A DNA stretch of 64,000 nt from an uncultured Acidimicrobiales bacterium (GCA_938038815.1 CALHTF010000013.1:36588-100587); one strand, 5' to 3'; positions 35,185 to 45,025 are shown, counted from the first letter of the stretch. Numbers and translations: made by a program. The notes: generated by a model from the letters alone, not told the origin.

Positions 35185-37068
35185 CTACCCCGCTGCTTCT
35201 GCTTCTCGCGCTCGCTTCAGGTTCTTTTGTACACGGGCCCGAGCGGTTGCATCGAGTTCAACCTTGCGAAGCCGGATCTTGTCGGGGGTGACCTCGACGC
35301 ACTCGTCGTCGCCGATGAACTCCAGCGACTGTTCGAGCGAGAACTTGGTCGCGGGGGTGATCTTCACCGTGTCGTCGGAGCCGGCGGCCCGAATGTTGGT
35401 GTGGGCCTTGTCCTTGCAGATGTTGACGTCCATGTCGCCGGCCTTCGGGGTTTCCCCAACGACCATGCCTTCGTAGACGTCGTCGCCAACCTCGACGAAG
35501 AACGCGCCACGGTCTTGCAACTTGACGATCGCGTTACTCGAGGCGTTGCCCGAACGGTCGGCGATCATCGAACCCTTGTGACGAGAGGTGATCTCGCCCT
35601 GCCAGGGGACCCAACCGTCGAACACGTGGTTCACCAGACCGGTGCCACGAGTTTCGGTAAGAAAGTCGGTGCGGAACCCGATCAGGCCGCGCGCCGGAAT
35701 GGTGTAGTCCATCCGCACCCAGCCGTTGCTGTGGTTGGTGATCTCCAACATGTTTCCTCGGCGAGGGGCAAGCAGCTGGGTTACGCCACCGACGAACTCC
35801 TCGGGGATGTCGATCGTGAGGCGTTCGTTGGGCTCGTGCAGGGCGCCGTCGATTTCACGGGTAACAACCTGGGGCTTCCCAACGGTCAATTCGAAACCTT
35901 CACGACGCATCATCTCGACCAGCACAGCGAGCTGCAGCTCGCCTCGGCCCTGGACCTCCCAGGCATCGGGCCGGTCGAGGTCAAGAACGCGAAGCGAGAC
36001 GTTACCGATGAGTTCTTTGTCGAGTCGGTCCTTCACCTGGCGGGCGGTGAGCTTCGTACCGCCGCTGCGGCCCGCCATCGGCGACGTGTTGATACCGATG
36101 GTCATCGACAGGCTTGGTTCGTCGACGGTAATGAGCGGCATCGGACGTGGGTCGTCGGGAGCGCACAGGGTTTCGCCGATCGTGACCTCGGGAAGACCCG
36201 CAACGGCGATGAGCTCGCCGGCCGAAGCCTCGGTGGCCTCAACCCGTTGGTGGCTTTCGGTTACATAGAGCTCGGTGATCTTGGCGTTTTGGCTCGTGCC
36301 GTCGGTCTTGCACCACGAAACGCTCTGCCCCTTCTTGATCGTGCCGTTGATCATCTTGCAGATCGCCAGACGGCCCACGTAGGCCGAGGCATCGAGGTTG
36401 GTGACCCAGGCCTGGACCGGGTGACCCTCTTCGTAGGTCGGGGCCGGCACCCGCTCGAGGATGGTGTCGAACAGCGGCTTGAGGTCGGTGCCGGGGGTAT
36501 CGAGATCGAGGGTCGCCTGGCCGTCGCGGGCGACGGTGTACACGATCGGGAAGTCGATTTGGTGCTCGTCGGCATCGATATCGAGAAAGAGGTCTTCGAC
36601 CTCGGCAACCACCTCGGCGATACGAGCGTCGGGACGGTCGATCTTGTTGATGACCAACACAACCGGCAGATCGGCATCGAGCGCCTTACGAAGCACAAAG
36701 CGGGTTTGGGGCAGTGGACCCTCACTGGCGTCGACGAGCAGCACCACACCATCGACCATCGTGAGCGCTCGTTCGACCTCGCCACCAAAGTCGGCGTGAC
36801 CCGGTGTATCGACCACGTTCACCTTGGTGTCGCCCCAGGTGATGGCGGTGTTCTTGGCCAGGATGGTGATGCCCTTTTCCTTCTCGAGGTCCATCGAGTC
36901 CATGACCCGCTCTTCCATCTCCTGATGGCCCGAGAATGCACCAGCTTGCTGCAGCATTCCGTCGACGAGCGTGGTTTTTCCGTGGTCGACGTGGGCAATG
37001 ATCGCGATGTTGCGGATGTCGTCTCGCGTCGAAAGGGTGGCGGGGGGCGCGGTTGTTGAAGAGGTCAC
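35185..37068 (-). CDS. typA: Translational GTPase TypA/BipA
   Basis: IRNIAIIAHVDHGKTTLVD, DTPGHADFGGEVER and NKIDRPDAR are present, with EF-G-like domains and a BipA-specific C-terminal domain. Confidence 0.92.
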   Translation of the reverse strand: MTSSTTAPPATLSTRDDIRNIAIIAHVDHGKTTLVDGMLQQAGAFSGHQEMEERVMDSMDLEKEKGITILAKNTAITWGDTKVNVVDTPGHADFGGEVERALTMVDGVVLLVDASEGPLPQTRFVLRKALDADLPVVLVINKIDRPDARIAEVVAEVEDLFLDIDADEHQIDFPIVYTVARDGQATLDLDTPGTDLKPLFDTILERVPAPTYEEGHPVQAWVTNLDASAYVGRLAICKMINGTIKKGQSVSWCKTDGTSQNAKITELYVTESHQRVEATEASAGELIAVAGLPEVTIGETLCAPDDPRPMPLITVDEPSLSMTIGINTSPMAGRSGGTKLTARQVKDRLDKELIGNVSLRVLDLDRPDAWEVQGRGELQLAVLVEMMRREGFELTVGKPQVVTREIDGALHEPNERLTIDIPEEFVGGVTQLLAPRRGNMLEITNHSNGWVRMDYTIPARGLIGFRTDFLTETRGTGLVNHVFDGWVPWQGEITSRHKGSMIADRSGNASSNAIVKLQDRGAFFVEVGDDVYEGMVVGETPKAGDMDVNICKDKAHTNIRAAGSDDTVKITPATKFSLEQSLEFIGDDECVEVTPDKIRLRKVELDATARARVQKNLKRAREAEAAG

Positions 37069-37162
37069 CTACCAATGATGGTGGGTCGGGGGCCAAAACC
37101 CGCACCAGACGCCCGAAGTCACAGATTCGTATAGCACCGGTTCGACGTGCTCAGATAGCGAA

Positions 37163-38365
37163 ATGAGCGCAGAATCACCGACCTCCGAACCAAACGACGC
37201 CGCAATTGAAGCCGACGCCAAAGCTCGCCTTCTCGACGGCCGAGCCTGGGACGACTTTTGCGACACCTTGAAGCTGGCCGGGCAGATCGTTATCCGCGAA
37301 ACTCCCGATGGCGACGAACAAGACCGGGTCGAGGGCTTCCGGTACCTCACCCGCATGATGTTGATGGCCAACTTCCGGGCCATCGAACGCACCGTGCCCA
37401 CCGCTCCGCAACCAATCTGGTTCATCCGCCCACCCCTGAAAGGCGGTATCGGCGTCCAGTCACCCAATCAGGACCACGTGGTGCAACCGGTCGATGGGCG
37501 ATACAAGTTCAAGGTCACCGGTCAGCGCAACAACGTGCCCCATGTGCACATGTCGGCGTGGACTCCTCCAATCCCGGCCGATGTCGGCGCTCGAGCGACC
37601 GGCCTGGCCGCCGAGTCGATGCTCGAGGAGTTCAATCCGAACAATGCCATCACACCCTTCACTGCCAACCTCGACGACTTCTCCGATGACGACGGCAACG
37701 TCGAGTTCGTTATGGCGGTCGAGGAACAACCGGGCAACTGGTTTCCGCTCGCACCGGGAACTCGTGAGCTGATGATCCGGGCGGTGTACGACGACCGCGA
37801 TACCCAGAAGGCCCCGAAGCTGATGATCGAGCGGATCGACGATGTCGTCGACCCGGAGACGCCGACTCCCGCCGACATGAGCGCTCGACTCGCCAATGCC
37901 GCCCAGCTCGTTTTGGGCCTACAGGCCGATTACGCCGACTGGACCCAAGAGCTCAAAGCCGGCGGCGAGAACACGCTCGAACACACGGTCGAGACGTACA
38001 AGCGCATCGGTGGGTCGCCCGACGACCGCCACTTTGAGTTCGGGTACTGGCGGGTGGCCGAGGACGAGGCACTCGTGATCGAGTTTGAGACGCCGGTGTG
38101 TCAGCACTGGAACTTCCAGCTGTGTAACCACTGGATGGAAAACCTCGCCGATTACGTGACTGGCAAGGGATACCTCTCCGCCGAGCAGGCCACCACTACC
38201 CCGCCGAATCGGGTTCGTATCGTGGTGTGCAACAGCGACCCGGGCGTACCGAACTGGGTCGACCCCGGACCGGCGAATCATGGCGTGATGGGCCTGCGGT
38301 TCATCCTTCCGGAGTCCGAACCTCAGATCACGAGCACCCTGGTAAAGAAGGCCGACCTGTCGTGA
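37163..38365 (+). CDS. Conserved hypothetical protein (DUF1214-like by recollection)
   Basis: 400-aa soluble protein. The [15 protein letters not shown] and [14 protein letters not shown] segments recall DUF1214/DUF1254 proteins. The assignment is weak. Confidence 0.4.
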   Translation: MSAESPTSEPNDAAIEADAKARLLDGRAWDDFCDTLKLAGQIVIRETPDGDEQDRVEGFRYLTRMMLMANFRAIERTVPTAPQPIWFIRPPLKGGIGVQSPNQDHVVQPVDGRYKFKVTGQRNNVPHVHMSAWTPPIPADVGARATGLAAESMLEEFNPNNAITPFTANLDDFSDDDGNVEFVMAVEEQPGNWFPLAPGTRELMIRAVYDDRDTQKAPKLMIERIDDVVDPETPTPADMSARLANAAQLVLGLQADYADWTQELKAGGENTLEHTVETYKRIGGSPDDRHFEFGYWRVAEDEALVIEFETPVCQHWNFQLCNHWMENLADYVTGKGYLSAEQATTTPPNRVRIVVCNSDPGVPNWVDPGPANHGVMGLRFILPESEPQITSTLVKKADLS

Positions 38366-39801
38366 GCCTGGCCGACGACGCCTCGATCGCTCGACTGGAT
38401 GCGACCGGACTCGCCGAACTCGTCCGCAATGGAGAGGTCAGCCCGACCGAGCTGATCGAGCGTTCGATCGAGTTGACCGAGCGGTTCGATCCCGACATCA
38501 ACGCGGTGATCCATCCGGCCTTCGATAAGGGCCGAGCCACTGCGGCGGGCGACCTGCCCGACGGGCCGTTTCGCGGCGTACCTATGCTCATCAAAGATTT
38601 GTGGCCGGCGAGCGCCGGCGACCCGTTTCACCTCGGCGTCAAAGGACTGAAAGACGCTGGTTACCGGCACCCTGGGGACAGCCACATCGTTACCCGGTAC
38701 CGAGACGCGGGCTTTGTGCTGTTTGGCCGCACGAATACCCCCGAGCTTGGCCTGGCGGCCACGACCGAACCTCTGGCATTCGGCCCCACACGAAACCCCT
38801 GGAATCTCGACCACGGTGCGGGCGGGTCGAGCGGCGGGTCGGCAGCGGCCGTGGCGGCCGGCATTCTCCCGGCGGCCAACGCAAGCGACGGCGGTGGGTC
38901 GATTCGAATTCCGGCTGCCATGACTGGCCTGGTTGGCCTCAAGCCATCTCGCGGTCGGGTGCCGATGGGCCCGCTCAACGAGGAATGGAGCGCCTCAACC
39001 CAGCACGTGGTGTGTCACACGATGCGTGACGCGGCCAACATCCTCGACGTCACCGCGATTCCGACCCTCGGCGACGGCGTGGTCGCTCCATCGGTGGGCC
39101 GGCCGTTTGCCGAGTTTCTCGACCTCGACATCGGTCAACTTCGGGTCGGGATCCTCACCCACAGCAACCGACTCGAGGTCCACCCAGAGTGTGTCGAGGC
39201 GACGACCACGACCGCCCGCCAGCTCGAAGCGCTTGGTCATATCGTCGAGCCGGCGTTCCCGGCTGCTCTGCACGACCCTGACCTCCCGAGTTCGTTTCCC
39301 GCTATTTGGGCGTCCAGCACCGCTCATACCTTGAACCGGATCGGCGAGTGGCTGGGCCGCGAGGTCACCGCCGACGACGTCGAGCCCGGCACCTGGATGA
39401 TGGCCCAGGTGGCCAAGACGATCAGCGGGGTCGACCTCCAGGCGGCACAAAGCGGCCAAGCCCGCTTCCGGCGGGCGGTGACCGCGTGGTGGGAAGACTT
39501 CGACCTACTCCTGACCCCAACCACCGCCGAACCGCCTCCCAAGATCGGCCAACTGTGCAGTACTCCCGGTGATCCAATGGGCGCGTCGAAGGGGTCGATT
39601 CCCTACGCGGTGTTCACCGCCCCGTTCAACGTCAGCGGCCAACCAGCAATCTCGCTGCCGGTTCACCGGACGACGGACGGGCTTCCTGTTGGAGCGCAAC
39701 TGGTCGGGGCGTACGGCCGCGAGGACCTTCTGCTTGCGGTCGGCGCCCAACTCGAGACCGCAATCGATTGGGCAAGCCAGCGGTCACCGATGCATCCGTA
39801 G
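38362..39801 (+). CDS. Amidase (amidase-signature family)
   Basis: The GTG at 38362 overlaps the upstream stop (GTGA). The amidase-signature block [33 protein letters not shown] is present, and KD..W lies upstream of it. Confidence 0.85.
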   Translation: MSLADDASIARLDATGLAELVRNGEVSPTELIERSIELTERFDPDINAVIHPAFDKGRATAAGDLPDGPFRGVPMLIKDLWPASAGDPFHLGVKGLKDAGYRHPGDSHIVTRYRDAGFVLFGRTNTPELGLAATTEPLAFGPTRNPWNLDHGAGGSSGGSAAAVAAGILPAANASDGGGSIRIPAAMTGLVGLKPSRGRVPMGPLNEEWSASTQHVVCHTMRDAANILDVTAIPTLGDGVVAPSVGRPFAEFLDLDIGQLRVGILTHSNRLEVHPECVEATTTTARQLEALGHIVEPAFPAALHDPDLPSSFPAIWASSTAHTLNRIGEWLGREVTADDVEPGTWMMAQVAKTISGVDLQAAQSGQARFRRAVTAWWEDFDLLLTPTTAEPPPKIGQLCSTPGDPMGASKGSIPYAVFTAPFNVSGQPAISLPVHRTTDGLPVGAQLVGAYGREDLLLAVGAQLETAIDWASQRSPMHP

Positions 39802-39833
39802 CGTCGGTGGTTGTTGAGTGAAAGACTGCAGCC

Positions 39834-40085
39834 ATGAGTGAAGACCTGGAAAAAGCCCGCAAGAAGCTCGACAAAGAGTTCGCCGACATCCAAGAGGCGC
39901 TCGGCGAGATTCACGTGGCGTTCGACGCCGTCCGCAATGCGGGACCCGAAGACAACATCCATGACCTTCTGGCCGAGCTGGAAAAGAAGGTGAAGAACGC
40001 CCGCGACGGTGGCGTAGTGGGATCAGGCGCAAACTCCCACCGCCGAGCGCTGGCCAAGTACAACGAGTTGATCGCCGAGGGGTAG
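39834..40085 (+). CDS. Small helical hypothetical protein (83 aa)
   Basis: Charged, coiled-coil-like sequence (EDLEKARKKLDKEFADIQEALGE...) followed by a strong hairpin. No motif recognised. Confidence 0.45.
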   Translation: MSEDLEKARKKLDKEFADIQEALGEIHVAFDAVRNAGPEDNIHDLLAELEKKVKNARDGGVVGSGANSHRRALAKYNELIAEG

Positions 40086-40106
40086 CCCACCACCGCATTC
40101 ACGAAC

Positions 40107-40138
40107 GAGAAGGCGCTCACCGAAGCGAGCGCCTTCTC
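40107..40138 (+). terminator. 12-bp-stem hairpin downstream of the small ORF
   Basis: GAGAAGGCGCTC-accgaagc-GAGCGCCTTCTC. There is no U-tract. Confidence 0.4.
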
Positions 40139-40160
40139 CATCGTGGGGGACTGTCCACGA

Positions 40161-40179
40161 TGGCTAACAACGTTAGCCC
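40161..40179. promoter_or_regulatory. 19-bp palindrome TGGCTAAC-AAC-GTTAGCCA upstream of a TetR gene (candidate operator)
   Basis: Perfect 8-bp arms, located about 65 bp upstream of the TetR start at 40242. Confidence 0.35.
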
Positions 40180-40241
40180 ACGCTCGAGCGGTAGGCGATG
40201 TGCCGGATGTCAATCCCCTGACCTGCGCAAACTAAGGTAAT

Positions 40242-40892
40242 TTGATGCCACGAGCGGGAATTGATCGACACAAGGTTCTCGCGGCAGCGTTACAGCTAGC
40301 CGACGACGAAGGGCTCGACGCCCTCACCATGCGCAAGCTCGGGACCGTTCTAGGCGTCGAGGCGCCGTCGCTGTACAAGCACGTATCGGGCAAACCCGAC
40401 ATCCTCGATGGCCTCACCGAACTGGTGTACGGCGAGGTGGTCGTCCCCGGCGGCGACGAGCCGTGGCAGGAACGACTCGAGATGTACTCCCAATCGTTTC
40501 GGGCCGCACTCCTGGGCCACCCGAACGTGGCCCCAGTGTGCGCGATCCGCCCAGTCTTTAGCCCGTCGACCCTCAAGATCGTCGAACAGGCATTGCGCGA
40601 GTTCTCCGGCATTGGACTACCTGCCCACGAAGCACTGCATGCGCTGAACGCACTGATCGCCATGGTCGTGGGCCACGTGTTGACCGAGTTGGCCACCACG
40701 CCAGCCTTTGGTGGAACCGACCCGGAGAAGCTCGCCGAAATTCGCAGCGCACTCCCGGCCAACGAGTTTCCGTACGTGGCGAACACACTCGCCCAGGGGC
40801 CTATCGATCGCGACGCGGAGTTCGCGCTCGGCGTAAAGATCTACACCGCCGGGCTAGAGAAATACATCAGCGACGAATCGCCTCAGTTGTAG
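40242..40892 (+). CDS. TetR family transcriptional regulator (TetR(D)-like C-terminal domain)
   Basis: HTH KVLAAALQLADDEGLDALTMRKLGTVLGVEAPSLYKHVSGKPDIL. Confidence 0.8.
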   Translation: MMPRAGIDRHKVLAAALQLADDEGLDALTMRKLGTVLGVEAPSLYKHVSGKPDILDGLTELVYGEVVVPGGDEPWQERLEMYSQSFRAALLGHPNVAPVCAIRPVFSPSTLKIVEQALREFSGIGLPAHEALHALNALIAMVVGHVLTELATTPAFGGTDPEKLAEIRSALPANEFPYVANTLAQGPIDRDAEFALGVKIYTAGLEKYISDESPQL

Positions 40893-41842
40893 TCGACCCC
40901 GGTGAGCTCCACCGACTGTCGCCACAGCTCGGCTGCTCCCTGCTCGTCATAGGCCCACGGCGCGTATCCAACTCGCGGGTCGTACGATTCGGCGATCGCG
41001 GGGGCCACGCGGCAGTCAGCAAGGAACTTGCCTTTCGCCTCGTTGGGCAACTCCGGAGCAGTCGCCGCCCAGACCGAGGTTGCCGCACCTTGGGGGATCG
41101 TCTTCATCGGCATAGGACCGCCACCCTTTGACGAAGCCTTCTTCTGCATGGCCACCAGGTCGTCGCGGGTGAGATGCCGCGCGAGGTCGGTGGCGATAGC
41201 GCCCGGGTGCAGCGCAAACACCGACAGGTTGGGGCGACGACGCTGCAGCTCGGTGGCGAACCACACGTTCGCGGTCTTGGACTGCGAATAGGAAGCGAAC
41301 TTGTCGTACTCCCGGGTCTCCCAGTTGAGGTCGGTCAGGTCGACCGTCTCGCGCAGATGGGCCGACGAACTAACCGACACCACACGCGCCGCCTCGGCGA
41401 GAACCGGCTCGATCTGGGCAGACAACGCAAAGTGTCCAAGGTGATTCGTGCCGGTCTGCATCTCGAACCCGTCGGCGGTACGCAGGTGTGGACACATCAT
41501 CACCCCAGCGTTGTTGATCTGCACGTCGATCGGCGCGCCGTCGAGAATCTGCGCCGCCCCTTCGCGGACGCTGGCGAGCGAGGCGAGGTCGCACATCACC
41601 GAACGGACCGAACTCCCGGGCACCTCCGCAGCCAATGTTGCGACAGCCGCATCGAGCTTTTTCCGGTCGCGACCGGTAATCGTGATCGCCGCCCCGACCG
41701 AGGCGAGCGCCCGGGCGGTTTCGAGCCCAAGCCCACCGGTCCCGCCCGTCACCAGCATGTGTTGGCCATCGAGATGCACACCCTTGAGCACGTCGCTGGT
41801 TGTTGACTCTGGGCCGAAACCCACGTTCGATTTACTTGCCAT
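40883..41842 (-). CDS. Short-chain dehydrogenase/reductase (SDR) family oxidoreductase
   Basis: VTGGTGGLGLETARALA, NNAG and YSQSKTAN (YxxxK) are present. Start set at the ATG at 41842, preceded by GGGGGA; the track TTG at 41854 is an alternative. Confidence 0.85.
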   Translation of the reverse strand: MASKSNVGFGPESTTSDVLKGVHLDGQHMLVTGGTGGLGLETARALASVGAAITITGRDRKKLDAAVATLAAEVPGSSVRSVMCDLASLASVREGAAQILDGAPIDVQINNAGVMMCPHLRTADGFEMQTGTNHLGHFALSAQIEPVLAEAARVVSVSSSAHLRETVDLTDLNWETREYDKFASYSQSKTANVWFATELQRRRPNLSVFALHPGAIATDLARHLTRDDLVAMQKKASSKGGGPMPMKTIPQGAATSVWAATAPELPNEAKGKFLADCRVAPAIAESYDPRVGYAPWAYDEQGAAELWRQSVELTGVDYN

Positions 41843-41917
41843 CAGATCCCCCAAAGTTTGACCGGCTCAGCCACGGCGAACGTACCCCAAACATCGGCGA
41901 GGCGAGGAAACCAATCC

Positions 41918-41948
41918 TTGACTTCGACCCGGCTTGAAGTTCTACCCT
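41918..41948 (+). promoter_or_regulatory. MerR-type promoter: TTGACT, 19-bp spacer containing ACTTC-N11-GAAGT dyad, then TACCCT
   Basis: Sequence TTGACT tcgacccggcttgaagttc TACCCT, with an ATG at 41955 seven nt after the -10 element. The MerR regulator gene is second in the operon. Confidence 0.5.
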
Positions 41949-41954
41949 GACATC

Positions 41955-42266
41955 ATGGAATCAACCTCGACTCCCCCACCAGTAGTTTGCACCCTCACCC
42001 TAGGCAAGCGTGCCGAACGCGAACTCGAGTGGTCCGATGTCGCGGAGCTCGCCATCGACACCACCAAGATCCCGGGCGGTATCGAAGCGACCTTTCCGGC
42101 CAACCTGACCGACCAACTGCGCGACCTCGTCGACCGCGAAACCGCATGCTGTGGCACCTGGCTGACGAGCACCCTCACCACCGACGGCGATCTCATCCGG
42201 CTCTCGCTCACCACCGAGAACCCTGAGGGTCTGAAGCTCATCTCGGCCATGGCCGCAACCTCGTGA
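41955..42266 (+). CDS. Small Cys-containing hypothetical protein (C12, vicinal CC), probably leaderless
   Basis: MESTSTPPPVVCTLTLGK...DRETACCGTWLTS... Start moved to the ATG at 41955 because the track TTG at 41934 lies inside the promoter spacer. The stop overlaps the MerR start (GTGA). Confidence 0.5.
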   Translation: MESTSTPPPVVCTLTLGKRAERELEWSDVAELAIDTTKIPGGIEATFPANLTDQLRDLVDRETACCGTWLTSTLTTDGDLIRLSLTTENPEGLKLISAMAATS

Positions 42267-42637
42267 GCACCGAGCTGCTCTCCATTGGCCAAGTTGCGCA
42301 GACCACCGGCGTGACCACCTCCGCGCTGCGGTACTACGACGAGCGAGGTCTCATCAGCGTCGCCGAACGGGTGGGCGGGCAACGGCGCTTTACCTCCGAC
42401 ACGGTTGGCCGAGTCAATTTTGTGCAGCGATGCCAAGACGCCGGATTCTCGTTGGATGAGATCGCCGCCATCCTCGACGATTCATCGGGCAACTGGCGAG
42501 CGGTGGTGGAGAACAAGATCGCCGAGCTCACCAACCGTCGAGACCACCTCACCTCGGTTATCGACCTGCTCCACGAGGTACAGAACTGCGGATGCACTAT
42601 CGTCGCCGACTGCCCGGTGCGTCTGGCGCCTCGTTAG
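42263..42637 (+). CDS. MerR family transcriptional regulator with C-terminal Cys cluster
   Basis: HTH LSIGQVAQTTGVTTSALRYYDERGLI, a coiled-coil dimerisation helix, and a C-terminal QNCGCTIVADCP. Confidence 0.85.
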   Translation: MSTELLSIGQVAQTTGVTTSALRYYDERGLISVAERVGGQRRFTSDTVGRVNFVQRCQDAGFSLDEIAAILDDSSGNWRAVVENKIAELTNRRDHLTSVIDLLHEVQNCGCTIVADCPVRLAPR

Positions 42638-42643
42638 GGTCGA

Positions 42644-43708
42644 TCAGTTAATTGCGTACGGGCGGTTGTTCGCTGGCTGAGCACCGTGGCGTGGGTCGGG
42701 CACCGTGGTTGCTTGGTCGACATGGTCGGCGAAGTACCGCACGACACCCGCCTGCTCGAGCAACCCGTCGAGCGCCGGCGACCGGGCCTCAACGTAGCGG
42801 GCCAGCATCACTCCCCTGGCCGCGTCGAGGAACGGCGTCGAATCGATCGAGGCGGAGATGCCGTCGCCAAAGTCGACGGCCGCCGACCCGGTAACCGTCG
42901 CTTGCGCCACCCACGGCAGGTAGTGACGACCAGCTTCGGCGATCACGGCAAGTAAGGATTCGGGCACATCGCTAGGGTCGATCCAGTCGCCGAACGACTG
43001 CTTCTGAGGTTGCACCAGTCGGTGGGTATGGGCAACGGCGGCGGCACCGTGTTCATCGACCAAGGCTCGACAGTAGGGGTCGCCCACGAAGTGAGCCGCG
43101 TTGGCCCCGAATACGGCAAAGTCACCAACGCATGGTCGCCCACCGAGCAGGTACCCATCGCCGAGGTGCGCATCAAGCGCTTGGAACCAGGGCACGAGCG
43201 ACTCGTTCATCCATGCGTCGATGTTCTCGGCCGTTACCCCAAGCCGCGGGAGGCTGTTGGTCATCGTTTCGACGACGTTGGCCCGGGTGAGGTCGCCGGG
43301 AAATCCGACGACCACCGAGAGTTCTTCGGCGATCTGCCAGCCGGCAGCTTGGGTGTTGTCGGGGTAACTCCACCGACTGCCGACTGCCGGCCGGTAGAAC
43401 CACTCGTCGGAGAAGTCATCGATCAGGTACGACAGAAACCGCAGGGTCGGATCGGCGGGCTGCACGCTGCGGTCGGCGGACGACGTGAGGTCGAGGTGCT
43501 CGATGATGGTCGTCGAGTCCCACAAGAAAACCCCGTCCGGGTCGGTCACTACCGGAATCCCGCCGGTCCAGCCCGCGGCCTGGGCCTCGGGATGGTGGTG
43601 CGGCGGGCAGGGTTCCAACCGCCAGGGACGATCGGTGTAGTCGAGATACCCCACCACCTTGCGAGTGAAGTACGACCGGGTTAACCCATGCACGATGTAC
43701 GGCGTCAT
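42644..43708 (-). CDS. Glutathione S-transferase-like protein (N- and C-terminal GST-like domains, extended)
   Basis: The N-terminus is thioredoxin-like (IVHGLTRSYFTRKVVGYLDY...IPVVTDPDGVFLWDSTTIIEHL), followed by a helical domain. Assigned by pattern only. Confidence 0.55.
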   Translation of the reverse strand: MTPYIVHGLTRSYFTRKVVGYLDYTDRPWRLEPCPPHHHPEAQAAGWTGGIPVVTDPDGVFLWDSTTIIEHLDLTSSADRSVQPADPTLRFLSYLIDDFSDEWFYRPAVGSRWSYPDNTQAAGWQIAEELSVVVGFPGDLTRANVVETMTNSLPRLGVTAENIDAWMNESLVPWFQALDAHLGDGYLLGGRPCVGDFAVFGANAAHFVGDPYCRALVDEHGAAAVAHTHRLVQPQKQSFGDWIDPSDVPESLLAVIAEAGRHYLPWVAQATVTGSAAVDFGDGISASIDSTPFLDAARGVMLARYVEARSPALDGLLEQAGVVRYFADHVDQATTVPDPRHGAQPANNRPYAIN

Positions 43709-44018
43709 CCCCGGAGCCTAATCACCAGACCTAACAGCCACGAAAAGTCCAAACGCACCTTCCGGGTCAAGCCCCCGATTCCCACGCAGAGCGCGATTCG
43801 AGCGTCCGCATGCCGGTTTTGCCCTAGAATCCTACTCTCTGCGTTCGGTGCCAAGCTCCAGTGCCGGTCGGTCTTCGGTCCTGGCGGACCTACGAGCCTT
43901 AGCGAGTTGCTTCGCAACTCGGGATTGGGCCGACGCGAGGGACGTTTTCGGTGGAGCGCAGCGGAACCGGAAACTCCGACAGGATCGAAGCCCGTCAGGG
44001 CTGAGACCGACGGTCTCT

Positions 44019-44621
44019 TTAGAGTTCTACGTCTCGGCGGCCTGATAGGGCTCGGCCGAGGGTTAGTTCGTCGGCGTATTCGAGGTCGCCGCCTACGGGT
44101 AGGCCGCTGGCGATTCGGGTGGTGCGGATTCCCATTGGTCGGATCCGGCTCACCAGGTGCATGGCGGTTGCCTCACCCTCGATATTGGGGTTCATGCACA
44201 AGATGACCTCGCGCACACCCTCAGCCTCGAGGCGAGCCATCAGCTCGCGGATCCGCAACTGATCGGGGCCAATGCCATCGATGGGGCTAATCGCCCCTTG
44301 CAAGACGTGATAGCGGCCCCCGAATTCGCCGGTGCGTTCGATCGCCACGATGTCGCGGGGCTCCTCGACTACACACAACACCTCGGTTGGACGCCGGGCG
44401 TCGGTGCAAATCTCGCACTCGGCGCCGATCTCGGCGATGTTGAAACACCGCGGACAAAAACCGATCCGGTCCTTTACCTCAACAACCGCGTGCACCAACC
44501 GGTGCGCTTCCTCGCGCGACACCAAAAGCAGGTGGAACGCGATGCGTTGGGCCGACTTTGGACCCACGCCCGGCAGCCGGCCGAGCGTATCGATCAGTTC
44601 TTGAACCGGTGCTGCGTACAA
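44019..44621 (-). CDS. recR: Recombination protein RecR
   Basis: LIDTLGRLPGVGPKSAQRIAFHLL, the zinc finger CPRCFNIAE..CEIC, and a Toprim domain are present. Confidence 0.92.
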   Translation of the reverse strand: MYAAPVQELIDTLGRLPGVGPKSAQRIAFHLLLVSREEAHRLVHAVVEVKDRIGFCPRCFNIAEIGAECEICTDARRPTEVLCVVEEPRDIVAIERTGEFGGRYHVLQGAISPIDGIGPDQLRIRELMARLEAEGVREVILCMNPNIEGEATAMHLVSRIRPMGIRTTRIASGLPVGGDLEYADELTLGRALSGRRDVEL

Positions 44622-44627
44622 GAGGGG

Positions 44628-44960
44628 TTACTCGCCGCCGCCACCGAGGAGTCCGCCGAGATCCATCCCACCCAAGTCCATTCCACCGAGCATGTCGCCC
44701 TGGCCTTCGGCAATCTGCTCGGACGCATCGCGAAGGGCAGCGAGCACCAAGTCTTGGAGCATCTCGATGTCGCTCGGGTCGACCACGCTCGGGTCGATGG
44801 TGATCGACTGGTATTCGTAGTGGCCGTTGACTTCGACCTTCACCATGCCGCCGCCGGCTTGGCCGGTAACGACCTCGGCCGCGGCCTCTTGGGCGCCAGC
44901 CATCATCTCTTGGGCCTGCGACAACAGGGCACTCAGGTCGGGCATTTGTTGGTCACTCAC
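44628..44960 (-). CDS. ybaB: YbaB/EbfC family nucleoid-associated protein
   Basis: LLSQAQEMMAGAQEAAAEVVTGQAGGGMVKVEVNGHYEYQSITIDPSVVDPSDIEMLQDLVLAAL. The GTG at 44960 has GAAGGA 8 nt upstream. It sits in the conserved dnaX-ybaB-recR order. Confidence 0.85.
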   Translation of the reverse strand: MSDQQMPDLSALLSQAQEMMAGAQEAAAEVVTGQAGGGMVKVEVNGHYEYQSITIDPSVVDPSDIEMLQDLVLAALRDASEQIAEGQGDMLGGMDLGGMDLGGLLGGGGE

Positions 44961-45025
44961 AGCAAAATCCTTCTTGGCAAACAAACAGGGGCCCGCAACA
45001 GCGACGGGCCACGACCAGAGCTTAG

